From positions 46,686,001 through 46,750,000 of the forward strand of contig OZ286471.1 in the NCBI GenBank assembly GCA_965644265.1: DNA of 64,000 nucleotides, written 5' to 3'. Positions within the stretch are counted from its first letter, which is position 1, and each line of letters starts with the position of its first letter. Shown here one piece after another: positions 1 to 15,000 of this stretch. A model generated the notes under the pieces. The model ran no database searches. It saw nothing but the letters and a program-made list of their open reading frames with translations, and was not told where the DNA came from. This DNA comes from Glycera tridactyla (Eukaryota). Position numbers and translations under genes: made by a program.

Positions 1-57
1 TTCCATGGTGCTACACTACCGAACCCGGAATGGATCGCCTCTGGGGCAACTGCGAAG
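1..57 (+). CDS. FN2 exon, 3' part only (PWCYTTEPGMDRLWGNCE)
   Basis: Frame begins cca tgg tgc tac at base 3; donor G|GTACAT at 57/58; the 5' end lies outside the window. Confidence 0.85.
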
Positions 58-3000
58 GTACATAACTACATGTCACACTAAAATGGAACACGAACTTGTC
101 CATCGTTCTCGATTAAAAATGCATCCTTTTTCACCTACTTGTTTCTATGTAACTTATCAGAATACATCCCAAACTATTCCACATTAGGTTTGGATTGTTG
201 GAAGAAATGACTCTCTTTATGAATTATACATTCATTCTAGGCATACAGGGAAAAATTGATTTCGTACAGGTGAATGTCTCGATGTATCCAACGTATTGAC
301 AATCAGACCAGAAGGTACTTTCTAACGATACCACATCCCTGATATACATCCCATGAGTTCCCGAGGTGTCTATTTGGACTCATTGACCATCACATCTCAG
401 TTTTCGTGGCAAAATCACAAACAGTCCCATGAAAATCCTTATCTGTGGTCTCATTTGTATTGGATTATATGTGTGAGAGGTGCTGTCGAGGTATATCACC
501 ATCGAAAAATGCACCCAGTTAAGCAAATTACTGATCGCAAAGATTGATCTGCATTGTCCTGTGGCGGGAATCAATTATATGGTACCTTGGACTGAATAGT
601 ATATGTAGATATCAAACACCCTTATCTAGGTGATGAAACCACACATTTCCTTTTGTAATTGTATTAAACGAACAATTGATCATCACCGTCCTGACATCCA
701 GTTCGGGATATTTGTTGATGGGTAGATATATAGACCTCAGAGCCATATGGTAATTCTATTGTTCCCACCAGTATTCGTATCCGTTTTTGTTATGACAACC
801 TGTATTTTGGGTTGGAAACGTGTAAAGGTCTAGCTTATGAATAATATGAACGTTCTGTTATGAATTTGTTCACATTTCAGAGGAGGTATGTGGTTCCCCT
901 CCGCCGGAAATTACCTCTAGCACAATCAAAGTGTCAATGCAATCGCCAGACATTACTACTAGTTCTTTAAGACCATCAGTGCAATCAACTACGCTACTGG
1001 CAACATCATCCTCGACATCGGACTCATGTTTTATTTCCACAATAGGTGGAACAGCAGGCAACTCAATATGCATGTTCCCATTCAAATACAGGGGTACGGT
1101 CTATATTGATTGCACAACACGTGATAATTACGGAGTTGCGTGGTGTTACACAACAAATTCCGGGACTGATCGATTGTGGGGAAATTGTCAAGGTAGATGA
1201 ACATTGGATTATGCTTTCTAACCAAAGCATAGCTCCAGTAACACAATTGCATTCCCCAATGAGCAAATTTATATCCTAATCTTTAGTGCACGCGAAATTA
1301 ACCAGATTTTCCATTGCAGAAATTTGCCTCTTTTCATAATATTTTGGAACCATATTTGAAGTTCATCGCTGGATCTGTTGATGATTTGTTGATGACGATG
1401 CAATCACCACCAATGTTTTCAATCGAATGTCACCTTATTAGGACGAAATATATGGGGAAGAAAGTTCTTTCCTGTATTGGATCCATTCATATAGAGGATG
1501 AAGTCTAGCATCATAAATTCAAATGTTCTTATATCTTCAATAAAGTGATTGGCAGGTATTCGTATTATAGATTCCTGATATTCAGATATACATCCACGAT
1601 ATGTTTTGTTGGGTAGACGTATTGACAACATCATACTGGTGATTCCACATTTTCCCCACGATATGTTCAACAATTTCCATCATGCCGTCTTGTACCTTTG
1701 ACTGTGCAATCCTATAAAATATCCCAAACAAATCTGATTATCAACGTCCTTCGTTAGCTTCAGTAATACATGAAAACAGCATACCCACATACTGTGTATA
1801 ATTATCCCATCATCACCAACGCATGTATGTCTCAACATAGCCAAGATGTTGCCGAGAAGATGGGAGACAACCAGCCTCCCAAACTTGTCTGTCAAATTTC
1901 TTTCTCCGACTTTCATCTCATTGTTTCATCTGTTCTCTTTATACAAAGTTTACTTATATCATTATTACAATACTATCCACATAAAATACTTCCTTATATG
2001 AAAGTCAGTGGGACGAAATGTTGAACACAGCCCCGTGTATTCTTTCGATATAATTCATGCGAATGAAAGCATCCATTCGCCATTATATTTATTCATACGT
2101 TCTACTCTGAATTAGATTAAGCATAACACTATCTTTCAAAAGGTGCAAATTGATATTAGAGAAGGAATAAAGCACACCTACCTCATCGGAGTTTCTTGCC
2201 ATGATTGTATTGAAATTATCCACAACACTTCACATATTATATTGATGTGCGCATTTGAATTTCAGAGGAGGTTTGTGGGTCAATTCCACCAACTACAAGC
2301 ACAACAACAATGCCAAGTACATCAACACAAACATCATCTACAATAACACAGGAGTACTGTTACATTCCCACCACAGACGGAACAGCAGGCACCTCTGTTT
2401 GCGTCTTTCCATTTTTCTACAAGGGGACCGTATATTATGAATGCACAACTCGAGATTACAATGGAGTACCCTGGTGCTACACTACAGAATCACCACAAAG
2501 AGATCACCTGTGGGGTGTTTGTCAAGGTAGATTACACTACAATATTTACTATATCGAAATAACAGACTAAGTCTCTAACCATCCACATGTGGGGGCGGTT
2601 GTTTAACCCTGACACAAGATGCATAATTATTCACGCAATTACATCCTTCACCGCGATGCAGATTGTCTGAAATGAGCCGACTAACCAATATTGTACAAGT
2701 AACAATCCATTGCCTATAATACAGCACAAGCAACAATGTCTCGATGTTTTGGTGATGGAACCTGTGATGAATGATGGTATCGACAGAAGGAGGGATTATA
2801 AGTATCTGTCATTAATTAGACACAGTAATCCTCCAGATGTTTGTAATCATACTGGGATTGATTTTTCCTGGCTCTTGTTCACGACATCTGGATGAATAAC
2901 GTATCTCCCCGGGTCCCAGGTTCTACATCAATGTCGCACAACATCAATTAGTGATCCTTGATCTGATGGGTGCCTTCGACTTTTGGTGTTTAGAATTCAT

Positions 3001-6000
3001 CACCGGACATGTAGCAGTAGACAGATCTTTGCTGATCACGGTAGGTGGGGTGGGGGTGGGGAGGGGGGGGGGGGTCGGTCTGTAGTAAATGTTCGACTAT
3101 GTATATGACATGGTCTTCGCAATATTCATGAATGGGTATATGCTTTTACTAATTGGAGAGAATTGCGGAGTTTGTGGCCCCTACATCCCACCTCATGTGA
3201 TTCTCAGTTTGCAGTAGCAGATATTCGCTGTGAAGATAATCCGATGACCTGAAGTGGAATGTTTCATTTAGGGAACTGAAGTTGTAGTTTTGGAGTTTCT
3301 TAGGCCAGTCCGCTGGTCATGTCACCTGGTTGACCACTTCACCAGATGTTCAATAATCCAGGTATCAGCCACCATTTCCGCTCCTGAGTTTGATCAGATG
3401 ACGAACTTGCATTAATTGAACACTATGTTGTGCATTGACCAGATGATTCCACTTCGATATGGTATGGTGCATGCTTGTTATCTGTGTACTTCAATATTGA
3501 AAACGAGTGGCATGAATTTTAGTGAAGAGAATGTTGTGAGACCGTGTAGTGCGTCATCACTTGATGTGTATAGATGTATTCCATGTCGATCTTGTATTGC
3601 AATCTATACATGTGTGTGTGTGAGGGGGGGCGGAGTATGTGTGTATGTGACTGTGTGTGTTTGTGTGTATACGTGCATATGCGTGTGACTACACATAGTG
3701 TCAACTCTAGCACCGAGTATCGAATCCTGTACTCAGTCATTTCACAACTTTGTGCATCCTGTTTGTGTACACCAGCATGCTTATAGACCAGTATAAATGT
3801 GAGTTCAGGTTGCTACGTAACGTGTGATGTGTGGTGCGTCTGAGAATGAGAGAATGAAAGGAGATTACTTTAAGGCACCTCATTAAAGCCATCTTGCCAT
3901 ATGTACAGTGAACCCCTAATGAAACTTATTACTTGCTGCATCGCTCCTCCTTTAGGGTCCTAGAGTGTTTGGACGGGACTTGCGGCTGGTCTGGTGGATC
4001 CTCTCAAATCAGTCTTTATATTCATGGGAGAAGCATTTTGGGCGACCCAAGAATGAGGAACACATTGTTGACAACATAATTTCTGATACTCGGCAAGATC
4101 AGGGTATAAGACATGTTTGTCATCTGCCCGAAGACGTCTATGTGATCTTTGCGGCTCCGTGAATGCACTCCAGGATTGCCAGGGTAGTCTGTGGACTTGA
4201 TGAATTGTCGCCTTCTATTGATGACGAAGAAAGGGGGAGTCTTGAATGATTCCACCTATACCCATTGCATGGACATTTCATTGCAGCCCAAATTATGCAT
4301 AATCATCATAAACGATCCAGTCGACCACCAAGAACAGTCCCCGATGTTTACGGTACTGGAGAAAAATGACAATTGGAATGGTTCACTCTATTTCAAATGT
4401 ATTCGGCCACTAATTGGGATTTGGCAAAGGTTTCATAGAGTAGATGTAGTGGTGTGTTTGGCTTGTTGTATGAAAGGATGTTGAATGGATGTGATGAATA
4501 CCTGAAATCGTCAATTATCTGGCTAGGATGACTGTTATATCAGTGGAATGTCATGAGATGATCATGTTCCTCGAGGGGTGGTTCTACTAGCAGGGATATG
4601 CTGATAATTCTATTCATCTTACATATATTTCTGCTTTCTCCTCTGCATTCATGCATTCATTTGATACAGATTTTTTCTAATTTTAACGCTTCATCAGAGG
4701 AGATTTGTGGCACACTGCCAACTTCTACTACAGTGTTAACAACGCCACCATCGACAACCGAGTGTGAGGGATGGGTTCCGACAATTGGTGGAAACGCTAA
4801 TGTACCCTCCTTCTGTTTGTTTCCTTTCGTCTACAAGAGCAAGATTTACTATTCATGTACCGCCGTTGGTCATGATCAGCTGTGGTGTTATACTGAACAG
4901 GAGAATGTTTGGGGTAATTGCTTAGAGAAGGTATGTGGTCCTCGCCCAACAGTGGCGTCCACAACGGCTACCACACCACCTTCTACGATGATAATCACCA
5001 CCCCTGTCGATTGTGAAGGCGCTTTCTATGTGCCTACGTATGGGGGAAACGGCGGCGAAGCCAATTGTCACCTTCCTTTCACCATCGAAGGCAAGACCTA
5101 CAATGACTGTGTGGACCTTGGAAATGATGGGAGCTTCACGTGGTGCCCTGTCACTGATAATTATTTTCAGGACTTTTTGTGGGGAATTTGTCTAGGTCAG
5201 TGGTCTTTTTCGATCTGCATGCGTGCATGTGTATGTTGTCTGAACTGGGTTCAATCAATCCATCAGATTAGATTTCATTGACATCTATATTCCAAGATAT
5301 TTGACATGGTGTGTGTTTACATGGTCTGCCAAATCATCGACCTACCACAATCCATGACTGGTCTTATGAGATATTTACGTATGAGATGTTTTTGCATACT
5401 GAGAGGGAATACCGAGGTTATATACCATTCCCCGTTGTGTACTGCATGAACAATGCCTTCCCAACAAGTTGATGATCAGCCATATTTCAGGGCTAGTCAG
5501 ATAAGATCATCACCATCCAAAATTCTTTAAAAAACAAGAACCCACGGCATGATTATCACATTGAAGCTGGTGAATGTCAGCAATAGCGAATCACCCTTTT
5601 GTGCATTGGTTTCGTTTTTACCCATTCTATATCTGACATGTCTATACCTCCACTCTAGTTCCACCATATCTATCTCACAACATTGGATGCATTGTCTGAA
5701 TTATCGAGGATTCTTCTGTAAAGGTGGATCATTTTTCATCGTAACATCGACACTTCGACTGACTCTCTTGGTATGCCAAGATTTATTTGGCAATATGTGT
5801 GGTACAAGAGTTGTGGTATGAACATATGTGGTATTTCTTTTATTTCGACACTTGCACACATGACGCCACACTATACCAGATAGCCGGTTATATTGCGGCT
5901 ATCCCCAAGTGCCTAGGACCTTTATAAAGTGATTGCTGGGTGAAGGTCTGTGGACACCACAAGCCACACTTACGTTCCGCCATTCCATCGATCTTCACAT

Positions 6001-9000
6001 CCATCTTGCACTCTTCATAGTCAGTATGTTAGAGCAACTCTGGATTCCGATTGAGGGATGTCATCAGCGTGGATGAAGAGAACAACGTCGGACATAACAC
6101 AAGATCCATGTTTAAGTGTGCAACGTTCATCACCGTTCCTGGGTGAATCCTTAGTTTAACTGCTGCTTTGTTCAATAGAATAGAACTTACCATGTGTATA
6201 TTCACACATACATACTCGTAGAGGGCATTCTGCGTCTTACCGGCGTAACTGAAAGGCGTTCCCCTTGCTGAGATATTCTGAGTATGATTGTGCTTACTAC
6301 ATGCAAGGTGCTCGGGAATATCATCATAATGAGACTGTGTGTCTCCATTCTCATCGAATTGAAAATATCGTGATTTGCGTCCGGTGATACCAAATCAAGT
6401 GACCAAAAGTTGGATGACATTTGGGCTCGATCATCATGCATGCCTTCGACTACTTCGAGGCCCGCTCACTAATACACGATGAAGTACGAATGATACTTTA
6501 TTCATTCAGCATCTGCTCTGCTCATTCACATCTGCAGATATCGGTACAAATCTGGTTCAATACCAATGAACCAAATCTCAAACGAATCAGATTACGGTCT
6601 CATTGTCATAAATTGATGAGAGGTGACTTTCTATTAAAAAGACAAGTAAGAGATTGATTCAGAATCTTGAGATTTGATCAATGGAAATTTTCCAGAGAGC
6701 GAATGTTACATCTTATATAGTCAATAGAAACCACAGGTAGTGCTGTTCTTGACTTGCATTTGGGCACTTAGACTTCGAATCCATCCAGGAACACTAGAGC
6801 TTGAAGGTTAACAGGATACATTCAAGGTGGGTTGACATTCCTGAAACGTTCACGCGCTTCTGTCTTACTGCACCTGGCTATTGTCACCTTGTTTTATCCC
6901 TTCTGTGGTTAAGAATTCCCAAGAAGTTGCTACAATGTCATACTCGAATGTGGATACATTCGTGGTTGACGGAATAGAGTGAATATACTATCACTTCAAT
7001 TTCATAATTGCTAATGAGGTTGTGAGCATTGCCGTCAGGCATTTGGACTGTACCGACCAAGTAGAGGTCAATAAACTGATCCCATGTTCACCGCATAACA
7101 CAGTGGCCGAAAATAACTGACACAGTGGAAGCCATGTTAATCCATCCCATGTTCCCATGGTCAACATTTTCAAAAACAGAAATGATACCTTGTATTTCAT
7201 GAACTTTCGCTTTTTGTTGGAGACCCAGAAGGAGGAATCTCGAATGATCCACCCCATGCACATTGTATGGGCGTCACGATATACCACATATGGGGCTGAC
7301 GTGACATTAAACCAAGATCAACCAACCATACAGACCATTTGCCTTGGGACCACAGTAGGAGGTGTACCGCGTTCTCGTAGACATGTCAGAAATATTGAGG
7401 GAATCTCATATATGTGTGGTTGATTTGGTGATCCATGATCGACCCCCAGTCTGAGATAGCTGACCTTATCGCATCGTGTGATTCATTTCGAAAATAGCCA
7501 GTTCCCCTCTCTCGTAGTATTCAGATACATGTTAGTCTCTTGTGAATGGTACTGTAAGCAGATACATCATGTTAGCTACTTCCGCAAAATGGCATCGGTC
7601 TGGAAGAGAATCCTGATTCTTATATGTTTTGACCATCATCATGATGCTTTGTAGAAGGCTTATCCATATGCTAGATATTGTGTATATACCATCGTTTTCA
7701 GAGATGGGGGGATATTGAAGTGCTTGTATATTCGCCGGTAGCAACTTCACCTAGATTTCTTTTTATTTCTCAATTGTCGGTGTTAGTGTGGCTTGTGGTG
7801 TGACAGCACTGCAGCCAATTAAGTCTTCCCAAACTATCTGGACTCTCAATAGCAGGCACTATCACTCTTTCTGTTGATGATTTCAATACGTTTTGGCTTC
7901 AGTGTTCACGTCACGTTTTTTTGTTCGAGTCACAGCTTTACATTCTCCGAGCTGAATTGCAAACGATTAACTCCATTTGGAAATCTTGGGAGATGTCTTC
8001 TTCTGTCCTCAACAGAAGAAGAAGCTTCCATTGAAGAAACGGAATGACCATTTATTTCCATTATTGATTCCGATGTTAGCAAAATATCTATTTTTCTATT
8101 CTGGTTTCACTGATTTCATATTTCTGCAGTGCTTTGTATCAAATTACCCCGCCTGGATTGAAGAGACGTCCTACTCGATCAATTTGGTTCTGATGCCGGT
8201 ACATCCTCAGGAGATTTGTGTCTCCCAGACTTCGGGGTTTGTAAATGAAATAAATGTTACCACAGAAAACATTTGAGGAACATCTGTCCCATTCTTTCAT
8301 CTTTCTCCGATGCGAATGAAATTAGTGAACACTCTTTTCAAATGGTACCCCATTCCAGTCATGAGGGGTGCTTCTATCTTTTCGCTCTTATTGATTTCCT
8401 GCTGTGCAGACATAAATTGTCTGTGAGTTTATTTGTTTGCACGACATTTTGTATTCGAACTTATCACACCCTAGCTGCATGTCATGGTATGAATAATCTG
8501 TTGTCTAATTTGGCAGATTTCATGGCCATTTAGTGCTGGTAACATAGCCTCGTTGGACAAATTGATGTTCAATGAAAGTTACCTTTCAGAAAATACATAC
8601 AATATCTTCTGGCCAATACCCTATTAGGAAATATTTCAGGATGCTTGTTTGGGTCTTCCTGGGATTTTGCATTCTGTGATGTCTTGAATGTTACTTACGT
8701 TTCCTCAGAGTTGCCCCACATATCTTCAATATGCCTTCACGTGTGTGTTCTTCATTCACGTATGTGTAGAGTGCATCTCTATCTGTGGTTCCCGTTGGAA
8801 GACCCTTGTTTGTGCAAACAAAATACTTGCATTCGAGAAAAATGTGTACTGAGCCATACCAGAAACGATTCAATATCCACATTGTTTCTCTTTTATTGAT
8901 GTCCTGCTGATGGCGGTTGCTTGGCTTCTACCTGTCGATGAATCCAATCCATTGTTAGATATTTCAAAATGAGTCTGAACATATAGATGATTATACATCT

Positions 9001-12000
9001 ATGATAACTGTGATAATTCTATTATGTTATTCTAGAAGGGTTTCTGGAATTTCGATTTCTCCTAGGGTTCAGTCAAACTATCCACTCTCTGTAGACCATG
9101 TAATACCGAGGGACTTGCGAGTGATTATTAACTTGCCGAACTTTTCAGACAGGGTATGTGGCACGCCCATAAATACGACGCCAGCCACAACAGAGATGAC
9201 GACACTGTACTGCGATGGCTGGATTCCAGTGTTTGGTGGAAATGCACCTGAAGGTTCAGAGTGTGCGCTTCCATTCATCTACAAAGATGAGGTGTATGAC
9301 GGCTGTATCATCGAAGACCATGTTGCCTTGCCGTGGTGCTCTACTACTTTCCGATACGATGACTATAAAGAATGGGGCTACTGTTTGAACAAAATCTGTG
9401 GCACGAAACCCATGACAGTGACAACAACGGCCGCATGTGAAGGCTTCATTCCAGTCAGCGGCGGTAACGCACCACCCAACTCAGTCTGCCATTTTCCTTT
9501 TAAGTACAAGGGCGTCACCTATGATGAGCCTGAATGTTCAACAGTGAACAACAACAACGTACCCTGGTGTTATATTGACGAATCGTTCAAAAAATGGGGC
9601 AACTGTGAAGGTGAATATTCATATGCCGTATAAGCATGTATGTATCACTGCTGTAATCCAGGCATCAAGTGGGAGAGTATTTAGGGAGTTGGCCATATTT
9701 TGACAGACATCCTGCCAATATTTGCAGATCATCCCCATGCCCCTCTCGAGTCATAAAGATATACTACCATGGTCAATTATCCTCGTGGCATCATTTTTAA
9801 GAATGATACTACTGATGGATCATTTGCAGAGGATAATGTAGAATGAAAAGTCGATGGATGAGGCAGGAGGCTTATCACCTGGGGTATCGCACGGTCCATA
9901 CTGTATATCAGTAGATCTGCCACAATGACTGGAGGGCACATTGAGAACTTGGCGACATTTCTATCAGAATTGAGGGTCAGCTTCAATCCAGTTGTATAGA
10001 TAGATATGCCATCGTTGGGTTCGATCTGTTCCTGATGATGTGTGTCTGAACTGCCAGCTACTTCCACTTGACAGCCTTTCAGGTCCTCCCTCTTATTTAA
10101 TTAAGGGATCCTGAGAGTGATGTTTGCAAGGGGAGCATCTAGCTTCCATAGATCATGGACACATGGCATACAAAATCCTCTGGGTTGATACATGCCACCA
10201 AACCTCAAACTATAAATCAATCAAATCTATCAGTGTCGAAAGACCGGATGATACATTTTCTAGCTGTGGGATTTAATTTGAGATTGCCTGATGTCATCTT
10301 GATGCTCCTGGGACAGTAAAAAACCTGCAACACAGCCACGGCCTTCTAACTGAATCGATTTGAATTGATGTGGAAGGCGGCTTTAGTGGCAGTCAGTGAT
10401 GGCCGAGCTAAAATGGAAAACGTAGAGCTTCGAAATATCGTGCATGTACTTATCACTATGAGATGACAAGTTCCACAAGTATAACCGCATGCACCAATAC
10501 CAATCTTCTCTCCAAATGCTCACCCACTCACCAACCTCAATTGCTGTCATCCTCACTCCAGAAGGCACAGACTGCATGCATGTATGCTGAGCAACTTTCG
10601 CGTGGAGGCCTTGTCCTTCACGACTTCACGAGATGATACTGTAGATTTTTCCATTAGTCTAATGGAATCGGTACAAAGCATGATGCAAGCAACACATTCG
10701 GTATCATGTCTCAAGTGATTTGAGACAAAACCCGAATACATGAGAATGATTATGAGCTTTGATGATTTCAATGAATGTTGGTCGTGTTTCAGTGTGATTC
10801 TGCCAATACATGTCGGTAAATCTGTTTTAAGGTGGTTGTGTGGGTGGGTGGGTGGGTGTGCGTGAGTGTATGTCCGTGAGTGGGTGACTAATGGCTCGCA
10901 ATGTGAATCATGTTTGTTAGGCTGTCATGATGAGAAATAAGTTTGAGAGTAGATATGTGACACATTCTCCCCACTTGTGATGAATAGGATCCAGATGATG
11001 GGTCTGAATGACTCTCATTGTTGCTAATTTCAATAGGTGAATAATTCTTTTGCCGCTTCACGTTTGCAAAAGCCTGTATTCGATTGATGTTGAGTCATCT
11101 TGGGTACATGTATTCTGATTGTTCCTGCAATATTGCTTCGTAGTATTTTTTCCCATTTCATCCAGTCCTACACCGGGAGCTGTGCATTTATATATATAGT
11201 TCTGTGATTTCCCTCTTCAGTGTGATTTGTCCCATCACTTATCTTTCTAATCCAAGTGTCAGCGATTTTGTGTCATGATTCCATTTTGATGTTCGAAGTT
11301 TAACATCCTTTGTTACATCTTTCAGAAATTGTGTTTACTGTTTGCTCCGACATTTTAGTAGTTAACATGTTTTCTTATAGAATTAATGTGTCCTGTCTAT
11401 ATCACATAAGAACACAACCATTGTCCATTGTTCGATTGCAATCTTCTGGGAAAATCTGGTCCTCCATAAGTGACACAGAAATCCTGCAACGAGTGATATG
11501 ACTGCACACGTAACCAGACGTTTAATCTCAGCCAGAGAAAGACAACCAATCCTGAGACTTTTTCTAGTTGCTCAATTGAAACTTTCTCGCTTGGCAATGG
11601 TCGCCCTCTTAAACTCATAAATCAAAATTGTAGGGGCAGGAGCCAGAATCTGGCTTGTTTGAAACTAATCAGGCAATTCTGGTGCTTATAAGTAGCTTAC
11701 ATGTAATAACCAGGAGTCTGTTACGGATTTGTGAAATTGACATGAGTCTGACTGTTCATATTCATCATACAGCATTGCATCTGTGGGTTAGCCTTTACGA
11801 GAAGGAATGACTCATGCGCCTTGAACAAGTTTCTTCATTGAACAAGTCATCATCGATGACAACATATGGGCATCTAGCCATGGTAATGTACCTTTGAACG
11901 CAAAACTCGTGAACACCACCGTCCCCCCCCCCCCCCCAGTTGCAATTGAAGCAAGGCATTCATTGGCCAAATGTTAGCCACAGCATTGGGCCTACACCAT

Positions 12001-15000
12001 ATTGCTGAGTATATAACACTCGACGGAAATATTCACATGCGATTGTACTTAACATTGTGTATCCTAGTTGTGATTATATGCATATAATAATTTAAGACCG
12101 TTGTATTCTGATATTGGTTGATATCATTTAAGTAGACAGTCTTAGCTTCTGTCATTTTCCAGGAATCTCAGCATCCCCTCACATTCTGGCCAACTTGAAT
12201 CAACAATTTTATCAAGAAATTCTGAGCAATTATATTGCGCTCTATTTGCATAACAATCGGCTGTTCATGCCACCGATTGAAACAAATATCAATTTGACAA
12301 TCTGGCTAGCTTTGATTTCAGGCAGCACAATGGATTGACATTTGACATGGATTATCGATTGTCTTGCAGCTAGGGTTTGTGAAGAGACCACCTTGCCAGC
12401 ATTTTCGACATCAATGTCACCCCCAAGCACTGATCTGGGAGGAATCTTATCAACTGGTAAAGACGTCCAAGGTGGATCCAGCGATTCATCTTCGCTGGTC
12501 ACTCCAGGAATTACTATGGCATGCGAGGGTTATATACCGACGACTGGTGGAACATCTGGAGAATCTATATGTGTATTCCCATTCATATACAAAGGACACA
12601 CCTACTCGACCTGCACAACAATAGATAATGATGGAGCTGACTGGTGTTACACAACTTCTGACCCTGTACGTGATCATCTGTGGGGTTTATGCCTTGATAA
12701 AGTATGTGGTGCGCCACCAACAGTGACTGACCTCCCAATGGATGGCACCTTTACTTCATTATCACTACCGACCATGGCAGGCACTGTATTTCCGGATTGT
12801 GAAGGATATATTCCAACAACCGGTGGCACTGCCCATGGTTCTGTGTGTGTCTTCCCATTCTATTACAAGGGGTACATGTACAGCACATGTACAACAAGGG
12901 ATAACAATGATGTGGAATGGTGTTACACATCAGATGATGATCAGAGTGAACACCTCTGGGGTAATTGTTTATCTAAAGTGTGTGGTACACCTCCAACTAT
13001 GACAGCGGAATCAACCACTATCCAGAGCTGTGATGGATATATTCCAGCTCATGGCGGCACTGCTGGAAATTCTGTATGTGTGTTACCTTTCATATATAAG
13101 AATGTTGAATACACTGAGTGCACCATAAGAGATTATGATGGAGTGGCCTGGTGCTATACGACCGAAGACCCCCAGACAGATCATCTTTGGGGAATATGCT
13201 CTGATAAAGTATGTGGAACACCCCCAACATCGATGACAGATACACCCAGTGAAATCACTGTTGATTCTTCCTCATTAGAAACACCAGGCATAACACTAGA
13301 CTGTGAGGGATATATTCCAACTACTGGCGGGACAGCAGGTAGTTCCACCTGTTTTTTCCCATTTACTTATAAAGGGAAAACGTATACAGCCTGTACGACT
13401 AGGGATAATGGTGATGTGCCTTGGTGTTACTCATCAAAGAGTTATGAAGATGATCATCTGTGGGGAAACTGTCAAAAACAGATATGTGGAACTCCTCCAA
13501 CTACTACACATGCATCTAGCACGACTACCTATTGTGAGGGGTATATACCAGTAACTGGGGGAAGTGCTGGAGACTCTATATGTGTGTTCCCATTCACCTA
13601 TAAAAACGTTGATTACACAGAATGTACAGACATAGATAATAATGGAATTTCCTGGTGTTATACAACTTCTGACCCTGAACATGAGCATCTGTGGGGACTG
13701 TGCCTTGATAAAGTATGTGGTGCACCACCAACAGTAACTGACCTCCCAATTGATGGCGCCGACAGCTCGTCACTGCAACCGATCATGCCAGACACTGTAT
13801 CTCCTGATTGTGAAGGATATATTCCTACAACCGGTGGCACTGCCCATGGTTCTGTGTGTGTCTTCCCATTCTATTACAAGGGGTACATGTACAGCACATG
13901 TACAACAAGGGATAACAATGCTGTGGAATGGTGTTACACATCAGATGATGATCAGAGTGAACACCTCTGGGGTAATTGTTTGTCTAAAGTGTGTGGTACA
14001 CCTCCAACTATACCAGCGGAATCAACCACTATCCAGAGCTGTGATGGATATATTCCAGCTCATGGCGGCACTGCTGGAAATTCTGTATGTGTGTTACCTT
14101 TCATATATAAGAATGTTGTATACACTGAGTGCACCATAAGAGATTATGATGGAGTGGCCTGGTGCTATACGACCGAAGACCCCCAGACAGATCATCTTTG
14201 GGGAATATGCTCTGATAAAGTATGTGGAACACCCCCAACATCGATGACAGATACACCCAGTGAAATCACTGTTGATTCTTCCTCATTAGAAACACCAGGC
14301 ATAACACTAGACTGTGAGGGATATATTCCAACTACTGGCGGGACAGCAGGTAGTTCCACCTGTTTTTTCCCATTTATTTATAAAGGGAAAACGTATACAG
14401 ACTGTACTACTAGGGATAATGGTGATGTGCCTTGGTGTTACGCATCAAAGAGTTATGAAGATGATCATCTGTGGGGAAACTGTCAAAATCAGATATGTGG
14501 AACTCCTCCAACTACTACACATGCACCTAGCACGACTACCTATTGTGAGGGGTATATACCAGTAACTGGTGGAAGTGCTGGAGACTCTGTATGTGTGTTC
14601 CCATTTAGATACAAGAATTTCATATTTTCTGAATGTACTGATGTTGATAATGACGGAATTCCGTGGTGCTATACAACCCTGGAGCCAGAAACTGATCATT
14701 TATGGGGAATTTGCCTGGATCGGATATGTGGTACACCTCCACAAGCTGCTGATCCATCTTCACAATCCACTGAAATCAATACTGAATGTGATGGATACAT
14801 TCCCACTACCGGCGGGACTGCCGGGAGCTCCATATGTCTGCTGCCTTTTGAATACGAAGGTTATATTTACAGTGAGTGTACAGTGATGGACAATGAAGGC
14901 ATTGCCTGGTGTTATACGACCCTTGGTCCCCCGAAGAGTCGCCTGTGGGGTATATGCCATGAAAAACTGTGTGGAACCCCACCTACCCGAACAGAATACC

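Noticed and set aside
5800-11100. Coding-like stretches in the long introns (about 6.9-7.4 kb and 9.8-10.8 kb)
   Set aside because: No motif was convincing enough to assign. They may be old transposon debris; a translated repeat-library search would decide.
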